A DNA stretch of 64,000 bases from NCBI GenBank assembly GCA_965285935.1, contig OZ260661.1:55924001-55988000 (forward strand), read 5' to 3'. Origin of the DNA: Ophelia neglecta. Lineage: Eukaryota. The position numbers and the translations under genes were made by a program. Below are positions 56,901 through 64,000 of the stretch, one piece after another; position 1 is the stretch's first letter, and each line of letters begins with the position of its first letter. The notes below the pieces were generated by a model. That model was not told the DNA's origin. It made no database searches and was given only the letters and a program-made list of their open reading frames with translations.

Positions 56901-58127
56901 TAGAAAGGCATGTAGGCCTGTGTCATTTAACGCTAATTATAGTTATAACTATAAGTAGCGTTAAATGTGTGCCAGGGCTTGTAACTATTCAAATGTATAC
57001 ATTTAAATAGTTACAAGCCCTGGCTTACATCAACAAATAAATCATGGTTATTTATTTTTTGAAGATTTCAACTTACACCCAAGCTTCGTGTCGATCATTT
57101 CTCAACATCTGGATAATACTTTCAGCAGTTATTCCGAAGCCAGCCTGGGATAAAATAAGGTGTAATGTTTGCGCTTGTTTTAAACATAATAACACTAATC
57201 GGAATCAATGAAAAATAATTATATATTTCTCAGTTTTAATACTAATAAACTATTGATTGATATAGAGAGAAACCTACGGTAATGGAGTCTCCGATAGCGG
57301 CAATTCCTTTGATGTCACTGGGCCTTACAGAGTGCGCTTTGGTTTGCAATAAACAATTTCACGTTTTGAGTCAGATCAGACACTTAGATACTGCACGTTG
57401 ATATAAATTCTTACCCGTTTTAGCATTGGTTACTCAGATAAATATATTCAACTTTGGCTATTTGTTTCGGGATTGTGCAATTATTAAAAATATACAAGCC
57501 TACCATTTTCCGGAAACACTGGGGACGGGGCAAGCGTACAGTCAAAATCAACTTTAAGGGAAGGCTGTCGGAATAAATGGCAACAAACAATTAATTCATA
57601 TATGATAGCTCTTCGTGTGTTTAGATGAATAGTCTATAGGCTTTTGCTCGAAACAGTACAAGAAACCGATTTTTTTTCTAGCAAATTATAATACAAATTG
57701 GAAGGATATATATCTTCATAAATGGTTTTTCAGTAAAGATATTGAATTACCTTTATATTATAAATAATCACTTACGTCAGGTTGCTGGTTAAACGTTTTA
57801 AAATGATTATCCAACAGCTTAGCAACTGTCGCGTTTTCCTTCGCCATGACGCCCAGTTTAGCCCACGCTTCGGTGTACCTCTCAACTGTCCAGAGATAAA
57901 TGGTACTTATCAGTATTATTACTTCAATTCACATTAACAACTCGTTCAAATGCATACTTTTTGGGTAAAAACATCTATTAGTTCGAGTTTTAGTAACAGG
58001 ATTGCTTACGCCATATCGCTGATTCTTTTGACACTCCTGGGTGATAGCGTGAATTCGCACCCTGCCTCGAGGAGCCCAACACACTGCCCAAGAATAGTAA
58101 AATCGCTAAACAGCAAACTGCCTTCAT
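53947..58127 (-). CDS. PLB1-like: Phospholipase B1-like SGNH/GDSL lipase, copy B (signal peptide, no TM anchor; ~423 aa)
   Basis: Exons 58127-58010, 57885-57776, 57564-57504, 57336-57278, 57144-57077, 56885-56839, 56649-56541, 56361-56220, 56081-55921, 55252-55075, 54870-54769, 54621-54550, 53991-53947. Signal peptide MKAVCCLAILLFLGSVLG. GDSIT, GGND and DCFHP are intact. Ends EAPFIQTRLNVPAP*. Confidence 0.9.
56971..57024. repeat. 54-bp loopless palindrome in a PLB1-B intron
   Basis: GCCAGGGCTTGTAACTATTCAAATGTA|TACATTTAAATAGTTACAAGCCCTGGC with one mismatch. Confidence 0.85.
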
Positions 58128-58587
58128 TTTCCTTCTATCAAGTATGTCGAGAAAAACCTCAAACCTTATTATTTTGATCGCCCACTCATCATCTCTGCGT
58201 AAAGCCTCAGTCTAGTTTGTTTGTTAAGATATAAGGGACAGTCGCTTGGCAAGGTGATAATTATAATCTTAACCTAATTCTTAGGATATATCTAACTCAC
58301 GCCGTCGAGGTCAGTATGATTAGCATGTCTTTTCTGATAAAGGAGATTAAATAATAAATTAAACTTGAGGCAATACCTGCGTGCAATAGTCCTTACTATG
58401 CAGTTGGTTAAGTTTGGCTGTACTTTGCCATAACGGAATAATTTTCTATAGACCCATATTACGATTGGTCATCGGTTAAGGAGGGTCACTGGGGAAAGCC
58501 TTTTAAGTACCAGACATATAGTCGCTATATTTATTTTAATTTTGCATGGCTTATGTCAAGCAGGTTTTAGGAAATAATTTGGAAAAA

Positions 58588-58699
58588 ATCAAAGTCTAAT
58601 GATTTTAGAGCATAGCGATCAGTTTTTTTCTCCTTTTTATATAGCTTACAAAAAGGAGAAAAAACTGATCGCTAGGCTCTAAAATCATTAGACTTTGAT
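58588..58699. repeat. Near-perfect ~112-nt hairpin between PLB1-C and PLB1-B
   Basis: ~50-bp arms with one mismatch and one T/A indel; ~11-nt loop. Confidence 0.85.
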
Positions 58700-59457
58700 G
58701 TTGAATATCCAAGTATGACAACTTGAAGTGATTGGTATTTGTGGCGCATTAAACGGAATTAATACAGAAATGAATATAGTTTTCTAACTGTCCCCTGCAT
58801 GTGTAACTAGCACATTATCGTTGATTAGTGTATTATACTTTTTATTTCAATCAAAAGTCCAAGCCTGATATTACATTTAAGGTAGTTTTAGTTTAAACTG
58901 AGCATGTAGAACTATAATCATACTGCAGTCTTCTTCAAGTTGCATGTATGTGAATTACATGACTGTAGTTAAATAATAAGTTTTTAAATACATCAATTTT
59001 GAATGCAAAACGCATTTGATCAGCTTGAGTGCTGACTAAAGGTAAATTAAGGTCTCCTAACAACAAAGAATGGCGCCGGCATCAAGCTGTTCATGAACTC
59101 CTGTTACTCTTTTTTTACTGTACTTTATTCCGTCATGAAAATACAAAAATAACGATTCAATGAAAGGCATTGAAGAGCCAGTACCACGAATTGAATGCTT
59201 GCCATTAATGTATACATGTGCACAAATCATTTGCTTTGGTGGAAGTATTAACGTTATCTTTAATGGAAATAAACAATTTTATAGGAAGACATGATTCCAA
59301 ATCTGATCCGGGAAGTATGTCACTTTACACTTTTCCAAAGAAACATATTTTATGTAAAATTTTTACTTTAAGTAAAAGGTACAAATCTCACATGGGCCAC
59401 TTAGCGTGCGAAAAATCTGATTGAGCGCATTGAAAAGAACTATAGCTGATAGAGAGT

Positions 59458-62400
59458 TTACGTTTCTGCAGGCACAACGTCCACGGGAAGAGGGCTTTCA
59501 TCTTCCCTACGTTTCCTGTACGCGATTACCATGACTACTGCGACTACTGCACAGAGAACAACAACGCCACCTACGGTTCCGCCGATGATTGCGCCGTTTT
59601 TACTATTGTGTTGTCGCCCATTGTCGATTACAGACGACACCGCTGGGGGAGATTTCTTTTTCATGTCTGGAGGACCGTTCAAACGGGTTTGTATATACGG
59701 ACTCTCCTGAAAAGTATTAACAATTAACTCTTCCAGAGCTCTAGCGAAGAAATATTAATATAAGTACATGTATGCCTTTTATGAAAGATTGCCTTCATGA
59801 ATCAGATGTGACGTTAGAATTAAAGACAAATTGAAATTTTGAAGATAACGCGTGAACGTTTACATTAATTTTTTATTTAGATTTGAATCATAACCTTAAT
59901 ATATGAATGTTCTTACTTCCGTTGGACAAACTAGGTTCTCGCCCATTTTCCAATCCATCTCAGTTCTTTTCTGGCCAACAGGTTCGAACTAGAGGAGATA
60001 ATGAACTTATATCAAAATTATTTTTGTTTAAACCCCAAATTAGATCCAAGTTTGAATTCATTTGAGAAGCCAAATTTAAATGTAGGAAGTTTTATAATCA
60101 TAGCTAGATGAGTTACCAATTGATTCCAGAGAGATGTTGCCATAGCAAAGTGTGCTTTTCTGCCTGGATGGAAACAGTCATAGGCCCAGAAACTGCTATC
60201 TACTCGCCCTGTGCCGATCTTAGGGAAATATGAAGAAACGACAGTTAAGCATGAGGAATCAGTCACATATACCATTTATTTATGCCCCTCCAACGGGCTT
60301 TATTCTTCGAAACACCTTAAGTGACTGTTATTTCGAACACTAAAAAGGTTAACAATTCAAATTAAAAGGAAACAGAATAAAATCATAATCATTGTCTCGT
60401 CGTCAACATGGCCTCAAAGAGCAATATAGCAAGTTCGTTTAAGTGTATGTCAATAGTAAAAGAAGTTAAACAAGATCTATTGAACTTGATTCATTAGCCA
60501 AATATAAAAGGATTATTCCCAGTCGATTTAGCAAATTAACTTAACGCCATATCTCACATTTTATACACATTCTATATCGGGCCTGTCATAATATCGGTCA
60601 TTGGCATTACGGTACAAATGATACTACTGAGGGTACATGTTATTAATTAGTATGTATGTCTGACTGGCTTTAAAGTATTATAATATAGCTAGTTTTATGT
60701 CGCAATAAATGAACAAATGCTTACATCGATTGGCGGTTTGGAATCTTTGAGATGCGGCATGAGGACGACAGTAAAGTCAGGCCGGTATGGGTTGTCATAG
60801 CGACCAGTGGCGATGAGCGCCTCCAGTTTCTCAGTGTAGCCTTGTTGTGCCTCTTGGAGACTCTTGTGGTAGTATTCATCTGTTGCACAGCCACAAGCAA
60901 AGCTGAAATATGCGTACAAAGCAAAAATCATGAACCAGGAAAAGTCCGTTTAATTCGGTCCAAAATCATCAAAAATCACCAGTCACAAGTCCATATACAT
61001 CAATCCCCAGTCCCCCAAAAATGAATAAACTGTCTAACTGAAAACAAAGCAACTATCGAACGAATTCCAGACCTAGTGATCCGTGGTGCCCTTAAATGTC
61101 GTGTTACAAATCTCTTTTGTTTCTGCAACTGCATATCTTTCGATTCGGGGCTTATTGGAGACAGTCCTTAGCGAGGAGTGGGTGACTATTAATTTTCGAA
61201 CCCACCCCAGTCCGGAAATGGAAGAAAATAACTCCTCGAACACTATCAAAGATAAGAAAATGATCCCCACCTGGGCAAACACGTCTTTACTTCCTATTCT
61301 ACCCCTAAAACAATTTCTATAAAATCACAAAGAATGTTGTCATTTATAATACATGTTTATTTGTGTTAAACGTGGCATATAAATCTAAACATATAATTGC
61401 CAAGAAAATTCGTTTCTGTTTCTTGTAGGTATATACCCTATGTATTCTGTATATAGCCAGAAGAAGGCTCACCCCTGGACCATGTCACAGATGAGGTCCT
61501 CACTAAATGCTGGCAGGGGGGTGATGTCAAAGATGGTGCTGATGACGATGATCATTTTGGGAGGACCCTCGTTGTATAAGTAGTCTAAGGCTGAGCGGAT
61601 GTGGTTCGCGTAGGCGTCGGGACTGTAGTATTGCTGTAAGACAAGCGGGATATTGTCAAATAAGAATCGGCTAAATAGGGATGCCCCTTTTTAGGCCTGG
61701 ATAAATTTACATAGCCTACACGGCACTTTTATACGGGATATATGTTTTTCCACATATACATATTTATGCAAGTATTCGAGTAGGTTCTGTTGCAATTTTA
61801 ACAGTTTCGGATGTTTGTAATACTGAAAACACGAAGATTTAGCAAATACAAAGGGTTTACCTCGTCTGTACAGTATCGACATAGGTCGTTAGCCCCGATG
61901 AGGAGACTGACCAATTTCCAATCTTCGTACCAGTTCACCCCGATACTAGAACCCTCGTAATATAACTTCTCTACGAAATCATAGGCGTTCTGGTACATGT
62001 CGCTGAAATGATAATTATTTCAATTACCAAAGATCGATAATTTGAATATGGAACAGCGGTCGCACAAGTTCACTGTTAGTCATTTAGCCACATCGGAGAA
62101 ATGTGTAGTTCTACGAGGGTTCCACGTTAAGCCCAAGAGTCCACGAAAACCCGGCGTTGTTGCGCGAAATGCTTTTTACTTTACGACCAATTGGTGAGTT
62201 GCAAGTGGTCGCTTACACACTGAATAATTAACCCCCTCCCCCCCCCCCCCCCCAAAGAAAGAAAACAACAACAATGCAACCAATATATTTATGCTCATTG
62301 TGGCAATTAACTGTATGGTTTATGTTGATATTTAATGTGAAGTGAGGGGGACTTACGCCGCCATGTTGGCTGGTATTGCAACATTCAGCCCGGCTTCTAT

Positions 62401-63925
62401 TTCATAGGCCCAGCTCCGACCGAACGAGTACCCACTCAGCTGTGGGCTCAGGATCCTCAATATGTCTGAAAAGAAGTTCGCTGTATGTGTTCTAGCGAAT
62501 AGCTTGTTGTCATGAAGATTTTAATACAATTCAGAGACAATTTGGTTTCAATAGCACAATGTATCGGTTGATGTTTTTGCTATATGCTGTGCTGAACACA
62601 CAAATATTCATTATTGACGAAGTCAATGTAGAAAAGTAATGGTCATGTCGTTGTTTTAACAAGGATGGTAATAACTAGCGCGAGTTTCATTATTACATAT
62701 ACATTGTATAACATACTTGGCACTGTAATCATGTTCTCCTGAAGCGACCTTATACCTCCCGATCTAAAGACCAAAAAAATAGAAAAAATGCAGTTAAATA
62801 ATATAATTACCAAAGAAAAAAACATTATTGTATCATTTATTTCACGGTTTAAATATTATTTATCTAAATGAATTCATTAGCAGACAAAACCAATCAGGGT
62901 TCACAAATATGACATAACGGGAATATATTGTCAGCCCCAGGGTGGACGACCTGCAGAATAAACAACAACCAGGGATTGCTAATAGAACTTTTAACCCATT
63001 GCAAATTCATCCACCACTCCCGCAGGCCCTCAAAGCACAGTTCCATGTGCCATTATTGAACTAAGTTGCCAATCAATTTTTTTAATAAATAAATGAATAA
63101 ATTCCAACATCACGTGCAATAAGCTTTTGTCAACAGGTTTTTCCCGTTTTATTCAATTTCGTTACAACCTTACACAAAGTAACCGGGGATTTTGGTAACA
63201 ATAAAAAAATTGAGATTGATGTTAATGGGCGTGCACCCTTTTCTTCGTGATGTATTCGGGTTGATTTAATGAACAATTCCTGTTTAGTGACTTTGCATTA
63301 TCTGCCGGGCATCCACGTAACTCACGTATTCTACTTATGATATCAGCTTATAAATTATCCCGCCAGCTTACATTCAATATGTAAAATACAAAAAAATAGG
63401 CCTACATATCGAATAATCCATAACTTTTTCAAACAAGCCAAATTAACTTACGCAAATGCTTCTTGGCGATCATTTCTTATCATCTGAATAAGACTTTCCG
63501 CAGTTATTCCCATACCAACCTGAAATGAGTGACAGTTATGGCAGGAAAAAAGGCCCTAAGTTTATTAAACAGGCAATGGCTCCAAGAGTTTGTGATATTA
63601 TTTGGCCCGTTATTGAAAGTAAAAGAAGCTTACCGTTATGGAATCTCCAATGGCCCCAATCCCCCTAATATCACTCGGACGTACATAGTGGGCTGGAACA
63701 AACCATATATTATATAAGATATTGAAATATATTATACTTAATTGACATATATTATACTTAATTTGCATACTGTATTTAATCTAAAAATTCGAAAGGCAAA
63801 TAAGAATAAATCGAAAAAAGACTTGAAAGATTGAAGAAAGATCACTATAGAATTGCAACTGTACCACTTTCCGGGGGATATGTTGATGGAGGGAGGTCAC
63901 ATTCGTAGTCCACCTTCACGGACGG
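59458..63925 (-). CDS. PLB1-like: Phospholipase B1-like SGNH/GDSL lipase, copy C (C-terminal TM; 5' exons beyond the window)
   Basis: Exons 63925-63865, 63692-63634, 63519-63452, 62763-62717, 62465-62357, 62002-61861, 61633-61473, 60902-60725, 60218-60117, 59988-59917, 59706-59458. Motifs GDSIT, GAND, DCFHP. TM GAIIGGTVGGVVVLCAVVAVVMVIAY followed by RKRR. Confidence 0.88.
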
Positions 63926-64000
63926 CTATAGGGAAATTGGAAACATCAATATATAAGCCTATATATTACATAATACTGATACTATCAATTTGAGAAATAA

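Noticed and set aside
45193-63925. Single multi-repeat PLB1 gene as in vertebrates
   Set aside because: Each unit has its own stop codon, and A and B have their own signal-peptide exons.

Overview
AT-rich, intron-rich metazoan genomic DNA, probably from a marine invertebrate (species not identifiable from sequence alone). No prokaryotic features. Manual GT-AG splice reconstruction gives five protein-coding genes. (1) A ~29-coding-exon minus-strand gene (CDS ~612-25608, putative non-coding first exon near 33.8 kb) encodes a ~1,650-aa protein: N-myristoylation motif, seven tandem cupredoxin/plastocyanin-like repeats lacking the type-1 copper Cys/His/Met, a chitobiase/Fn3-associated domain, two FN3 domains and a long Pro/Ser/acidic tail. 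It has two alternative first coding exons, each starting MGxxxS. (2) Head-to-head with it, a plus-strand gene (37368-40651, 457 aa) encodes an SH2 + WW-like adaptor. (3-5) A tandem array of three single-domain phospholipase B1-like SGNH/GDSL lipases on the minus strand: two membrane-anchored, one apparently secreted, the last running off the window. Introns carry hAT-, Tc1/pogo-, Kolobok- and piggyBac-like MITEs, a ~3.2-kb Helentron-like element with nested cargo, and several long palindromes. A 138-nt N gap lies at 49888-50025. All gene models are manual and lack transcript support.
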